From assembly GCA_964016885.1 (NCBI GenBank), contig OZ024740.1, forward strand, positions 94,612,001 through 94,676,000: a stretch of 64,000 bases of DNA, in the 5' to 3' direction. Source of the DNA: Eledone cirrhosa. Taxonomy: Eukaryota. This document shows positions 11,811 through 25,287 of the stretch, piece after piece. The position numbers were made by a program, and so were the translations under genes. Below the pieces are notes generated by a model. It was not told the DNA's origin and did not search any database. It saw only the letters and a list, made by a program, of their open reading frames with translations. Each line of letters begins with the position of its first letter. The first letter of the stretch is position 1.

Positions 11811-13886
11811 AATTAAAATATATTGTATGCAGATCGGTAACATACCGGCACTCTTTCTCGCCCATTTTCTGTAAAGTTCAGTAAAATACGTCTATTATAT
11901 CGTCATTCATTTAATATATATACTATAATAATCTAAATACTTAAACAGGTATTTCTATGCCTTCGTATGTTAACTTTATATTAATAAACGCAGCAGAATA
12001 CACTCGTACGACACCAATCAATGAAACATATGAATGAATGAACTGTAAAAGCTCTACGTTCGACCATAATAAATGACAAATTTACACTATTCTTTAGAAT
12101 GAGACACCCATAATATCTCGTAGAAATCAGGTAAAATATTAATTTATTTTCGTATGAGCAACTTAATACGATTTTCATATTGCAAGCATCAATTGAATAT
12201 GACAAGAATTATTGCAGGATTCTTCTAGTACTAACTTTGAATATACAATAAATAAATAGCAGTGAAATACGAATGAAATAACATATTTATTATAACAGCG
12301 ACTTATAATGGCATGAGATATTCAATACCGCATATGAAAAGAAACAAATCCAAGAAACAATCGAGAAATAATATATTACGTATATCTCCCAGGATCGAAC
12401 ATTATCAGTGAAGAAATGTGTTTTAATAGATGTCAACATCGATAGATAAAATAGGTTAAATCATATATAAAGTACGAAAAATGTTTTACAAAATGTCAAT
12501 GATTTTTCCATCAGAAAATCTAAATGACAGTCAAGTGTTGTAGAAAATAACAGTATATCAGATAAGAAGTTATTGCCGAGTATTCTTTTGGAATTTCTAA
12601 GCTTCAATTTTCTTTCGTAAAGACAGATGGTATTTAAGATATAGAGCAATGAATGAAGAGTAAAAGCAAATGTAAGAAATATATCTTTAAAATCCGTAAC
12701 TGAATCTTTTTTTTACTGAGTAATGGCGCATTTTTAAAGAATTTTTTTTAGTGTAAATCTTCCAAATATAAGCAGTTTCTAAGTTATATTCCTATTCTTA
12801 AAAAAACATATTTCAAATTGTTACAGCTAATATAGATCTATCTTCGATAAATGGGATATAGATTAGATCAGTAAAAAGGAATCGGAATAAGAAAAAAGTG
12901 CACCGCCGAGTTTAATGCAAGATATAACGAGACAAACATAGAATATACTTGCTTTTCCTCATAATATATTTAACATTTATTTCTCATATGGTTTTTGAAG
13001 AGTGAAACTATGATGACACATTATGATGATTCACTATCCGCCAGACAGTGTATTGAATGATATCCAGATATTTGAAAATTAGAAGATAACTGTGTTACTG
13101 TATTCGAGTGGCATTTCCGAATTTAGGAATCCGATAGAATGGTAATTTTTTTATAAATCGAACCAAGCTATTTAAACGCATCATTGAAACTAAATGTAAA
13201 TGCCAGCATTTATATTAGTTCAACGTCATAAAAAAATATTTGTCATATATATCCTTTGGAGGATATATTAATAAAGTGCCTTGCAATCGGTTGAAAAAAA
13301 AACAATTTACACATGTTAGAATGCATTCTTTCAGATCATTAGTTCTGTACACATTCATGCACGTTGTTCAACATAGCATTATCTATTGCACGGATTCTAA
13401 TTGTGAGGCATTTGTATTTTTCAATCATTTAATTTCCCATATATATTTTAATATATCACACATTGTAACTGCCTTGTGATTAAGCTTAATATATATACGC
13501 AGGTTTTTAAAGAGATTGTGGCTTTTAAACATTATCATATAATAGAACACAATGTTTTCATATAGTGTCAGGATAATATCATAGTATACATTATATAGCA
13601 TATTACGGTGAAATGCGAAGTTTGAAAATATTCGTAAATTTCCTCGATGAGAATCCAGCTTTTCACTCAATCGATTTTGTAACACTTGAATTACTTAGCA
13701 AGTGGATGAATATTCCACGTATACGTTTAAACATATGACATTTTCCTTAACGAATGAGCATATCACAATATGAGTTATTCTATCTGACGGCATTCGTTAT
13801 GCCTACGATACCCGCCATAAGAAATACGATAAACCACTAAATCACTCACTCCTTCACCCTCACCCTCTCGCTCTCCCGATATGTTT

Positions 13887-14008
<122 letters not shown>

Positions 14009-15523
14009 TTGTTGAGTTTTTGGTACCTGATGGTTAGCGTAGCGTCCTAAGTTTTGTTCTCCCCTTGATGGCGAATCTTACTGTATCGTATATGACAGCA
14101 CATTGCTATTACGAGGAAGGTAAATCAACTACTCGCCCCATCTGGCTTAGTCCCACAGACTCATGTGGGCGTATCTTATTCAATTGTTTGACGCTCCCTA
14201 CGACAGGACATGCGTACACTGCTCGCTCCCCCTATTTGGTAATAGATACGGCTCGTACCGGGGTAGGGGACACCGTGCTCGCACCCTAGGATTATTAGAG
14301 TTCCCTTTACCGTAAAACCTATATTTTATACTATGTTTGAACCCGACCCGTTTGAAGACTCCCCCATAATAGAATTAGTAAATCTATACTTGGGCTTATT
14401 GACATTTTCTGTTTTGTACAGATTGTTAATCCACGTGTTGTATGCGTTTGGTCAACGGAGAACTACTACTGCACCTAACCTGTCATTATTTTGAAGTGTT
14501 CGCGGCTGGATTAGTTGTGACGAATTTGGTTGTACAGAATCTGGAGCTGCAACTTGGACACATTGTACTTTGCGGTCTGGGATTTTAAACATGTGGAGAT
14601 GTTTTGATGTGCAAATTCAGCCTGTAATACATGTTACTATATGTGATGATATGTTTTGGTGAGCATATGAATCCGACTCTATTGCACTTTACGGACGATC
14701 TACATATGTTGTAAATTCTGGACCGAATTACTATATACGGACAATCCACTATCCTTATAATTCCTAGAGAACCGGGGCATATGAAACCGATAGGACTAAC
14801 CTCTACATTAGATATGCATATGTAGTGACTCCTCGCCAGGTGTGTGTTTTTACAGGAACTAAACCATGTTTGTTATGTATTTTTGCTTCAGCTTGATCAT
14901 GCAATAACTCCGCTGTGCTTGTGTTTGGCTTGTATTGATGTGGTCCCTCTCTATATACAGGTTCAGCACCAATGGTCCAAGACATTCCGTAACCTACTAG
15001 TATACCTTGATTATGTATACTATGGGGAGGAATAAAATCCCCTTTGGAAATCTGAAAGTGTTTGGGAGCCTCGTAATATTTCTATAATTCTAGGTTATGG
15101 AGAACTAAATCACCTGTTATATATAGTGTCCAACGCATAGTTTCCTCTGGTTTTATGGGTTCTTTAAAATGTTTTTGTTTTACTTTTTTTAATTTTGTCA
15201 TCTCTTTATATTATTATTTCCTTTTTCTTTATTATTATATGTTTTAACTATTGTTATACTTTTTGCTTTTGTGTGACCTCACGTGCTTCGGCATTTTGTG
15301 AAAATATCTGCCTGTACCCTAGCATATAGCTGTAGTGCTGAATCAAAACTTCACTTTGCACTCTCTCCATACTCACCATTTCCGATCTCCCTCTTGTTAC
15401 CTTCCGTTGTATGTGTAATGTTCATGTGACTAAGCTTGGTAGAGCTTATACTTAGCACTGTATTTTTGTTTATAAAGTTCTGATGATTCCTGCCCCATGG
15501 TATGGAGAAAACATTGTCAGCAA

Positions 15524-15532
<9 letters not shown>
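14009..15532 (+). mobile_element. Degenerate Penelope-like element between (TA)n tracts
   Basis: Relic CANSACNTC (PLE Cys linker) at ~14608, IYICCKF...YI/GQS...R..GH (GIY-YIG) at ~14700-14785, and TATAAA plus a hammerhead just before the (TA)n. Confidence 0.6.
15477..15521 (+). ncRNA. Type-I hammerhead ribozyme (slightly degenerate)
   Basis: GTT-CTGATGA-T TCC TGCC ccat GGTA T GGA-GAAA-ACATTG-TC-AGC. Full core, stem II and a GUC site are present. There is one extra A in stem III, and stem I is short. Confidence 0.65.
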
Positions 15533-15560
<28 letters not shown>

Positions 15561-15612
15561 TTTATTTATATATGTATGTATGTATGTATATATGAGTGGT
15601 GGGGAGAAGCAA

Positions 15613-17827
15613 TGTATTACAGGAAAATAAAATACACTAATAATTGTTAATAGCAGGACACTGGGGTTGTATGTACAATGTTTATTTAACAAGGTTGAGC
15701 TATGTAGAGCAGAATAGTTGACATGCCAAGGGAGATGAAAGAATGAATTAAAGTTAGATGTTTACCGTTTTGAAGTCAGCGCGCAATAGACGAAGAGGTC
15801 TTTACATTACCATGTTCAGGTTGCCAGAGAGTATATCCTCGGCGGAACGCACCTGGCCGAAGGGCCAGGCAGATTATAAGAGAGGGAGGTAGATTTCAGA
15901 TCTCTCCTTTTATAGTTCCACGGACGGAAGTGACAAAGAAGGTTCTGCAACCTCAACGGGAAGTCACTCCAGCTACTTCCTGTCTAGAGAGCGCTACAGG
16001 ACTCCCCTCCCAGACGAGAGGTCGAATGACCAAATGAAATCATTGTATCGAGAACACGAGGAGCAAGGCAAAAGGTACAGGAACATGAATGAACAAAACA
16101 TGAGCAAGCAAATAGCAGAATGAGCATGCAAACATTAATGATACATATGAAGGTAGCCAACCGCTCTTGGCCAGAGAACGACTGGACATCTAGCTATCCA
16201 TCACACAAAGATACAATGTAATGAACCTAAGAAGAGGTCAAAGGAGCAAAGAAATGTGCTCGAAAAAAGTTATTAAAAAAGTTCAAATGTTCAAAAATAA
16301 AGTTAACATGACAGCAGGAAAGAGAGTGTGTCACCAAGAGAAGATATGCCTGTGGTTTCTGGACTGAGCTACAACGTGAAATTCCGAACCTCCGAAGGCG
16401 GTGGGATTTTCTCACAGGAAGAGTGCTGCAAACATATATTCTCTGTGTTTTGTTCTGTGCGGTTTTGGTTGTTGATAAAGCAAAGATGAAGCTGTGTTGT
16501 TGTCTCGCGGAGTGAGTCTATTCGATGTTGATTCCAGTAAAACGTTTCCCAGAAAAAATGAGTTGCGCAAAGTGCTAGAAATAACAGCCAGAGTTGATAG
16601 TCAATGTTGAGAACGCGTTGATCTGGAAGGGTCAAGAAGCCAGCGACAATAGAAATAAGCATTCTGAATAAATGCGCAGTTTTCAACGGCATTTTTCGTA
16701 GTACATTTTTAAACTGGCAAATATGAGAATATAGCTTAAGGCTGGAGAATCCTTGTCAAGAAACATTATCTATGGCGTGTGTTATCTCAGTGAGTCGTGA
16801 TGTGTGCTCCCACACGTGCCGAAAACAACGTTGAAGTCAAGTTGAAAAAAAAGAATTTCTATTGCGCGAGAAAATGGCGCGAAAATGATAGTGCAACAGG
16901 CCGTTGGCAGCCATTTTGAAAAATGTGTGTGTGAACGTGATACTATGATGAAAAAGAAGGAAAGGCTATATTCACTTTGCATATGGCGAGAGTTCAATTT
17001 TTTTTTAAAGTGATGAAAAACTAGCGAAAAAGGCTTAGTTGAATAAGTAAGCGAGCTGTGATGTTCATAAAAATTGACATGTTGAATATAAGAATACAAG
17101 AGTCCAAGTCTTTTTGAGTGTTCGTTGTGAGACGGACGAAGGATACATTGAAACCCATTTAAACGATGTAAACACGTGAGGTGAAAAGCAAAATGTTGTT
17201 TGTTTGTTTGCTGCTGGGGAAAAGATTACTTATATTTTTCGTTGTAGACAAAATCCATGTGGAATGTTGTTAGAGGATTTTTTTTTCTTTTTGAAATACT
17301 GCTAATTAATTTTCTTTTTTTTCATATTCACACAACACCATATCCTATTATTCTTTTATCAGGGTCACCAATTATAACATAGTGACTATAAATTGCAATT
17401 GTTCAAGCAGAAAGTTCATTGTATTTGAAACTGGAAATAGTAAACACAGGAAAAATGGAAATGTTTTGCAAGAAGAATGGTTAAGAAACTCACTTGAGGT
17501 GAACGGTAATTCACATATTGCGCCAACTTGGCGGGCCAATGGACACGTCGTCCAATTCTCGTGACTGGAGATGAAACAAGTGGATTAAAGTTAGTTGTTT
17601 ACCGTTTTGAAATCAGAGCGCAAGAGGTCTTTACATTACCATGTTCAGGTTGCCAGAGAGTATACCCTCGGCGGAACGTGCCTGGCCGAAGGGTCAGGCA
17701 GGTTAAAAGAGAGGGAGATCATTTTCAGCTCTCTCCTTTTATAGTTCCCCGGACGGAAAGGACAAAGAAGGTTCTGCAACCTCAATGGGAAGACACTCCA
17801 GCTACTTCCTGTCTAGAGAGCTCTACA
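15613..17827 (-). mobile_element. Non-autonomous or deleted LTR retroelement (two LTR copies plus polypurine tract)
   Basis: Direct repeats at 15731-15998 and 17567-17827 both begin TGTAG on the minus strand and contain TATAAAAG. The left LTR (15613-15998) is TGTA...TACA with AATAAA, and the PPT GGGAGGGGAG lies at 16002-16011 just before it. No intact gag/pol and no clear TSD. Confidence 0.7.
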
Positions 17828-20800
17828 ATTCCATAATTTGTAATGATAATCAGATGCTACATACCTCAATCTGACAAAATTAGTCTGATTAAAAATTAAA
17901 ATAATATATAATACTCTGATGTATCGAAATAGGTAGTCAGGATAAAGAATATGTTAAGGTTACTTATATCAGCATAATTTCATAAATGAACGTGTGGATT
18001 TGGTGTAATCGTAGCATGTAACAATCAACAAACTTGCATAAGTGTTACAGAATTATGCTTAAACACTTAAACTCCAACGGCATGTTCAAAAGACAGAATC
18101 TATGATGTTTAACTATGTATAATGCTATGCAATTTTAAATATGTGGTTTAAATTGTTTTCCCCTGGTCATTTGACAGTGTTACAAATTCTAATTACAACA
18201 AAGCAATATAATCTGTAAATAACAGGATTTTACTTTACCGTTGAATTTTACTTTACATGTTGAATGATATTTTAGTTTTCATTGGAGATTTCTTCTAAAA
18301 ATATGGAGGTCGAAATATCTGAATGGCTAGTAAAGGGAATAAGATTTTCCACGACATCCAGTTATTTAAATGAAGTGGCCTGTTGCAATTTCATTAAACA
18401 ATGTATATGTCATATATCACCATAATCTAATGACAATTTAATTCCAGTGAGACGTGAACATTACGTGAATTAAGATCTCAATTTGTATTTATATCATTCT
18501 TCGATATACTGGTGCAAAATATATTTATTCATATAACAGCGCCGTTGCAAATTTGATAATTCTATATAATTGCAGATCAAATTATGTTACGCAAAGTTTG
18601 AAGTACACCTGGGACAAGTTAGATGGTGTTTACATGATAGCTAGATATATTTGTGAATAATCTGGCTCGAGAGATCACTTGAACAATGTTCGTTAACAAT
18701 AATTTAATAATATTATAGTATCTGAGAAATTATATTCGATCAAGGATATACAAACATTACCTTTGTTAAACATATTTCGCAAGACAAATGTTTTTCCTAG
18801 ACATATCAATGTTATTCTCATATTGTATATTATACTCCTTAAACATGGATTAGAATACTCGGAATGCATGTTATACTTTGTTAAATTTCACGCAAGAATA
18901 TTGTTATTGATTTGCAATATATGGTATGTGTACATTTTATTATATTTCATTTATGTAGGCTTCATAATCCTAAATGTCAGTGTCTTCAAGATGTATTATA
19001 TGTTTATATATAACATGGATGACGGACATAGGGATTAATGCACAGAATATCTAAGTTCCAGTTCCATGGCTTGATATTTATGAAGATTAGGCATTATTGA
19101 GATTCGTTGTATTTCCATTTTATTTCGCAATCCAAGCCCGAATCGCATGGGAACGGCAACCCTGTTTCAATAATGCTCATAAGTATTTGCATTTACTTGC
19201 ATATATTATTGATTGTAATTTCTATTCTTTTAAGGAATTAAAATATAACTAAACAAACCGTGGAACGTGGTTCAATAATTCTAACTGTAACTGATTAAAG
19301 CAATACATTTTAATGAACACAGAATTGAGTCTCGACGACAAAATGACTTTTATTAATATAAGAAAGTGCATATGAATATAGAAATAAGTTTGCTTCTCTA
19401 AGCAACACATGTACTACGGATACTATACTGCACTTAACACACTATATCCCTTTCATTTGTTAAGTGCCTGGGGCACAAACCTTTGCCTTTAACTTCTATA
19501 TCAGTTCTGTCATGCTTCACCATACTGGAATGAGATGGCTATTCTCTGATGCATTTATTTTGCTACTTCGCATGCTGTGGAGTCTTCTGGGATCTTAGAT
19601 GGCAGAATATCAAGGGGATAAAGAAACATCTATATCTAACACATTTTGATATTCAAGATATTTGGTCACTTCTTAAAGTTCTAATGTCATTGAAGTCGAA
19701 ACCTATATATAATGTGGTCTATAGTGTTTGATACGACATGGTATATGGGCACCATGTTGTGGAATACTGTTGAGACCTTTGTCTAGAATCGTCTAGAATC
19801 ATCACTGCCTATATCACCGCTCGCATCTATATCGTATCACTGTTATAGTCTTATATTCTTGATGAGGTTGCAATGCATTCTTTCGACTTTGCCGTTAAAT
19901 TTTCTCTGTCTGGTAACCCTAGACATGAACAACTGGCCAGCCTATTGACGACACTTATACATCTGATGAACAATAAGTTCCCCTGGCTCGTCTGAAAGAT
20001 AATCCAGTCCTATGCACGTTGCTGCACTTTTAGTGATATACGCATGAACCGCCACATCGTTTTTTGTGAGCCCAGCATGGATTTTAAATCAGTGTTGTAG
20101 TGAGCATGTAGTATTGCGTTGATACCCACTGACTTGCAATTCTCTTATTAAACTGCAGATACGTATCCTACGCACGTTTGACACCCAGCGTGAACCGGAT
20201 TATTGATTCATCGTGCCACCTGCGTACCATTCTGCCTGCTCTCACTATGAAGACATGGAAACACTCCCTCAGCTTTTAATCAATGGTTAGTTAGTGCACC
20301 GTGATTATACCATACCATTTGGCCATCAATTTATCGAATATTTTTTCCAAGTGAAAGTTTATCACATTGCCCATTGATAGTTTAGCATATGGTTCTGTGA
20401 TCAGTCACTATGGTGTAAAAGCTTTGTAGGACAGCTTCAACCCCATCGAAAGCCGTCCTGAATGACACTTCATAAGCAGGTTTACTCTAACAGAGTGACC
20501 AGATTTCATCAGAATGTTCGATCGTTGATTTGCTGTGGGGAAAGGTATGTTGTTATTAGTATATACTCTAATTCCCCTTGAATGTAAAGGACGTGTTCCA
20601 TCTTCCTTTTGCATCCTGGTATATTTACTAACTTTGTGGAAACATTAGGAGGCGATGCACTCTGGCTTTGTAATGTTCGTCCCCCTGATTTTAGGATGAT
20701 TTCTTTTAACATGCTAAGGTTGTTTACTGAATAAGGCGTTATGTATACACAATATTAGATTTTCCTCAATTATATCTATATATTTGATGGCTGCTTAGTC

Positions 20801-20964
20801 GATGTGATGAAATGTGATATCAACATCTCATCTTGCTTATATATATTCATGCGTAACATAGATATGAGAACATATTTGTGTTGATCCTTCATGAGCTCAC
20901 ATATACTATAAGTTCCTGCAGTGTATGTCTGGCTGTATGTTAGGGTGCATGCACACGCGTGTAT

Positions 20965-21310
20965 GTGTGTCTGTGTGTAGATGGACCAGTATTTGTGTGG
21001 TACTGGTAAAAATGGCGTACATAATTCGATAGTGTCAGTCATTTGCCAAAACGATTCTCTCAAAAGAACATTAATAACATCAATAATAAAAGAGGTGAAA
21101 TGATGTAAAGTATTGTCATAACAAATCTGGACCCACACACGCCTTGTTGTTATGACAATACTATACATCAGTTCACCTCTTTTGTTATTGATGCTATTGA
21201 TGCTCTTTTGAGAGAATCCTTTTTGCAAATGACTGAAAATATCGAATAATGTACGCCATTTTTACCAGAACCACAAACATACTGGTTCATCCACACGCAC
21301 ACACACACAC
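20965..21310. repeat. Long imperfect inverted repeat (foldback/MITE-like), ~160-bp arms with a 22-nt loop
   Basis: GTATTGTCATAACAA (21110-21124) pairs with TTGTTATGACAATAC (21147-21161), and CTGGTAAAAATGGCGTACAT pairs with ATGTACGCCATTTTTACCAG. The arms continue into (TG)/(CA) tracts. Confidence 0.85.
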
Positions 21311-23172
21311 GCATGCACACACGCACACTAACAGACAGACAGACATACACACGCACTTCTCCGTATAATACAAGAGCTGAAAAATATGTTGCAACATGTT
21401 AAAATACCCCCCCACACACACACACCTAGACACGCATTCCTACTGAGTGATTCATTTCCATTATCACAATAATGAACAACTTTGCTACACACGCACATGC
21501 ACACGCTCGCACGCACACATATTTGTCTTAATAGACACCTGAACTGTTGACCTCTCAAAATGACTGCAACTCAATCAAACGGAAAAGGACACTCTTCGAC
21601 AAACCTACATTTGGTGCGAAACCAGTTCGCACTAAAATCAATTTAAACATTGACGTGTCTTCTACCGACCAATCAAAATTGTTTTGACTACAAGAATTTT
21701 TGCAACATGAATTGGCGCGACTTTATAGTGCTTATTCACGTGACATTCAACAACCAACCAAATGTGAATACCTTCCAAGCCACTTTTTTGACACAAAATA
21801 GCAAGAATTTCCAAAACTGATCAGATTAGAGCAAAATTCACGAGCACTCTATCTCATGATTATTTTTGAAAAGCATAAGAAATGCGCAAACGGTAAAAAC
21901 TTAAAACTAAAACAGAATACTCACTAATACTTAATATTAATTTATACTTATTCCTAATTTAAACTATTTTTCAGTGGGTAACATTTGTCAGCATTTACTT
22001 TTCTTCTTTACTAATATATTACAACTTGTGTGTCACACCACTATTTTTTTTAAATATATATATATATACATTACACTCTGGTATTTATTGATATCATACC
22101 ATGAGTTTATTCTATTAACCTTCTTCCTAGTTCTTTCTATATATATGAAGTAACCAAATGAATATTGCAATAATGTTTACCACAATAACGATGAATACAA
22201 ACATGTAGAAGACTAATCTGGACCAGAGTTAAGACTCGATAGATATTGATGAACAACTTCGATAGTTTTCTAGGCCTATTTAAATATGCAACATGAATTG
22301 CACAATGCATATACATGTCATAGAAGCATCTAGTGATGGAAGTACGATGTCACTTCATTTGATCATTCAACATTACCGATGTAATACAGTCTATAGGAGA
22401 CAGTGAGACATTCTCTCTTCATCGTAAATTCGCCGGTGAGAGTTGGCTTTGGAGCGATGTTTAGCAATGGGAGTGTTGACATGTCGTTTTACTTAGGCAC
22501 TGATTGGCATGTTGTAACTGGGTGTGCGATGCTGGTGTGATGACGGCTGTGGGTTTGCCAACGGCAAGGTTCTGATTAGTGTAGGAATGGACGTTGCGTT
22601 TGCTTGTGTGCGTGAATGGGATAGAAGGACATAAAGTGTGGATAGAAAATAAAGGGTTCAACATGTAATTTAATGGCCAACTTGACGCAACTCATGGAAT
22701 TTATTCCACCTGAAAATACGTGAAAGTTACACGAAAGTGTGGAATGCTCATTCAAAGGTAAATCGCTACCATCCTCCTAAAATAAATGTATGAATGAATA
22801 AATAAAGAAACAAATAATCAAATAAAATTATGTAATCCGGTGTTGAAGAATAAAACGTAGGGGTGACATTTTAAATACACTTTACACTCGCTTTGTGTTG
22901 CTCCGTAATATTATCAAATGGTTCAACGTTTGAATCATATTCCGTTTAATGCTTGTCAATTGAAGATATCGTTGCGATATATGCTCAACGGCGAAAGAAG
23001 TTTGATAACTCTCATTTAATTTCTTTGTTAAGAGGACTGTTTCATCGTTTGTTGTAGAGTGGTAGGGTAGTGGTAGAAGTCAGGGTGTTAATAATGATAA
23101 TAATCGAATTCTTAATGTTGTTTTAATGGAAGGAGAAGGAAGATATGACTGCTTCATCAATGATCGGGAAAA

Positions 23173-23219
<47 letters not shown>

Positions 23220-23240
23220 ATAGCAGTAGTAGTAGTAGTA
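23173..23240. repeat. (TAG)n microsatellite
   Basis: Direct reading. Confidence 0.95.
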
Positions 23241-25112
23241 GTGTAGTAACAGTATATGATATTTTGTCTTTTGAGGTAGTTTGAGAGCGCAATTGCCACT
23301 CTAAACAAATTTGAAAAGTTTGAATGTGAAGGATGGTTGTTGCTGTTCACCTGGTCACTGTTTGACGGACTGTTGGCATGGTTGCTGTGTTATTCTTAGC
23401 GTGGTTATTGATTTTGTTTGAAATGCTGTTGTGGACGAACATTATTTGAATAAAAAATGTGTTCAATCTTTCTAGCATTCAATATTTTCTAATAATTTCA
23501 ACCAGATTGACGTTCCAATATATATTTTCTGATATTTTCCAACTGAAAAGCTAACATTTTAGCTTTATTTAAGACGGTAAATATATCAGTGTTCGTTTAG
23601 CTGAATGGTACAGACCGCTCACCATAATTTGATAAGTGCATATTTCGATTTTCTCTAGCGTCTGCTGGCAAACGTTCAGTCTATAAAAGTATTTTCCCTA
23701 AGATTCTTAGTTATGTTCACATCTATCACGATATGCTTGGTATTTTTTTTACTTTTCTAAACTTATTATATGTCCGTGTGTGAGTGTATGTGTGTGAATG
23801 TCTGTGCGTGTTCTGCAATGCAGTAGACTTTTCAATTGCCCATTGAAATATTCACGTGTCATAAAGCCGATGTAAATTTCGATAATGCCTTAATAGAAAT
23901 ACTTTCTATTCATGCTTTTCTAACTCAAAATGCTGTTTTTCTTTTCGAAATATATTCGATAGCTTTTAGATCCCCGTCAAAAGTTATGTTTTTTTTTTTA
24001 CCGAATGCTGTATTTTACGATGAGAAAACTTCATTTAGGCGTTAGTTTTTTATGTGCAGGCCATTCAATAGTTTAATGCAATTTGATTGAATCACTGCTG
24101 TATTTCTTCTGAACGCGAAGAGCAGTGGCTATTTACGGAATAAAATATATCAATGAACGCAATCGTGTGTAACTTCAGCCACTAACTTAGCTATATTTTC
24201 CAATTAGACTGTATTGGCAGAGCTCTGTATATCGGTAGCATCAACAACATAAATATAAACGCATCCATCTCCGATACCACTATGCAACAATATGATTGTC
24301 AAATACCCCCTTTTTCACCGTACTTAATATCAAAAAGATCATGAATATTACTAGTATGATAAAAACAACGGTCATCTTATCTATCTTTTTATCATTCTTC
24401 TATGCTTGCTCAAACGTGTTTCAGCATGGTGCATATTATGTACGTAAGAGAAATGCATTCTTATTTCTTTTGTGGGACGATTTCATTCTGTTTACACTCC
24501 AGATTTTGTAATAAGATTCCTCTTAAGGTGTTTCTATAAATTACTTACGTTATTTGCAAACCCATCTCTAGGCGCAAAATGCATCTCTCTGTTAAAGGAA
24601 TGAAACAATAAAATTTCTTCTTTGGCAGTTGCTATACGGTGCTAAACTGTCTCACATCTTATCAATTCGTTAAAATTTTAATATCAGATGTCATACAACC
24701 GTATAATTTTACTGTCTCAGAGATATATCATGAGAATGTGTCAAACATGTATTTTATATATCAGTCATTATGTCTAAACATATACATAAATGTAGAATTT
24801 ATATTAGACATAAATTCTCTAGTATAATACGTCTTTCGTTTCTTCTTAGCGAGAAAAAAATATCATTACAAAGTATTAAACAAAACATTCATACCCTAAT
24901 AAGTCTACCTAGTTGCAAATATATTTGAAGAAACTTCTCACAGTCTCAACCGAAGGAGATTTAGTGAAGGAAACATGTGAAACAAACGTCAAATTGGATT
25001 AATAGGATTTAAGGTAGCAACATAATGTTATCTCACTGTCCCTACCATAAATGGTAGACCGAATAACTCCATACATCAACATTTTCTCGCTCCCATTCAA
25101 TTTATTAATCCC

Positions 25113-25126
25113 CCTCCTCCTCCTCC

Positions 25127-25184
<58 letters not shown>

Positions 25185-25209
25185 CATCCGTCTTCTTCTT
25201 CTTCTGCTT

Positions 25210-25287
<78 letters not shown>
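25113..25287. repeat. Compound (CTC)(ATC)(TTC)(TTA) trinucleotide microsatellite
   Basis: Direct reading. The (TTA)n part is the 3' tail or target of the adjacent Dong-like LINE. Confidence 0.95.

Noticed and set aside
14009-15532. Solo LTR interpretation (TG...CA ends)
   Set aside because: The GIY-YIG relic and terminal hammerhead fit a PLE better, and the CA end is part of a microsatellite.
19960-20020. CTGATGA...GAAA spacing resembling a hammerhead
   Set aside because: No convincing stems I-III in register.
19750-20720. Possible very old LINE endonuclease relic on the minus strand (xDH-like and IT.TY motifs)
   Set aside because: Too degenerate to support by eye. It needs a tBLASTn or HMM search.
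23123-23450. Possible host exon on the minus strand (SNHANSPSNSDQVNSNNHPS...)
   Set aside because: Low complexity, runs into an (ACT)n microsatellite, and has no splice-site or homology support.
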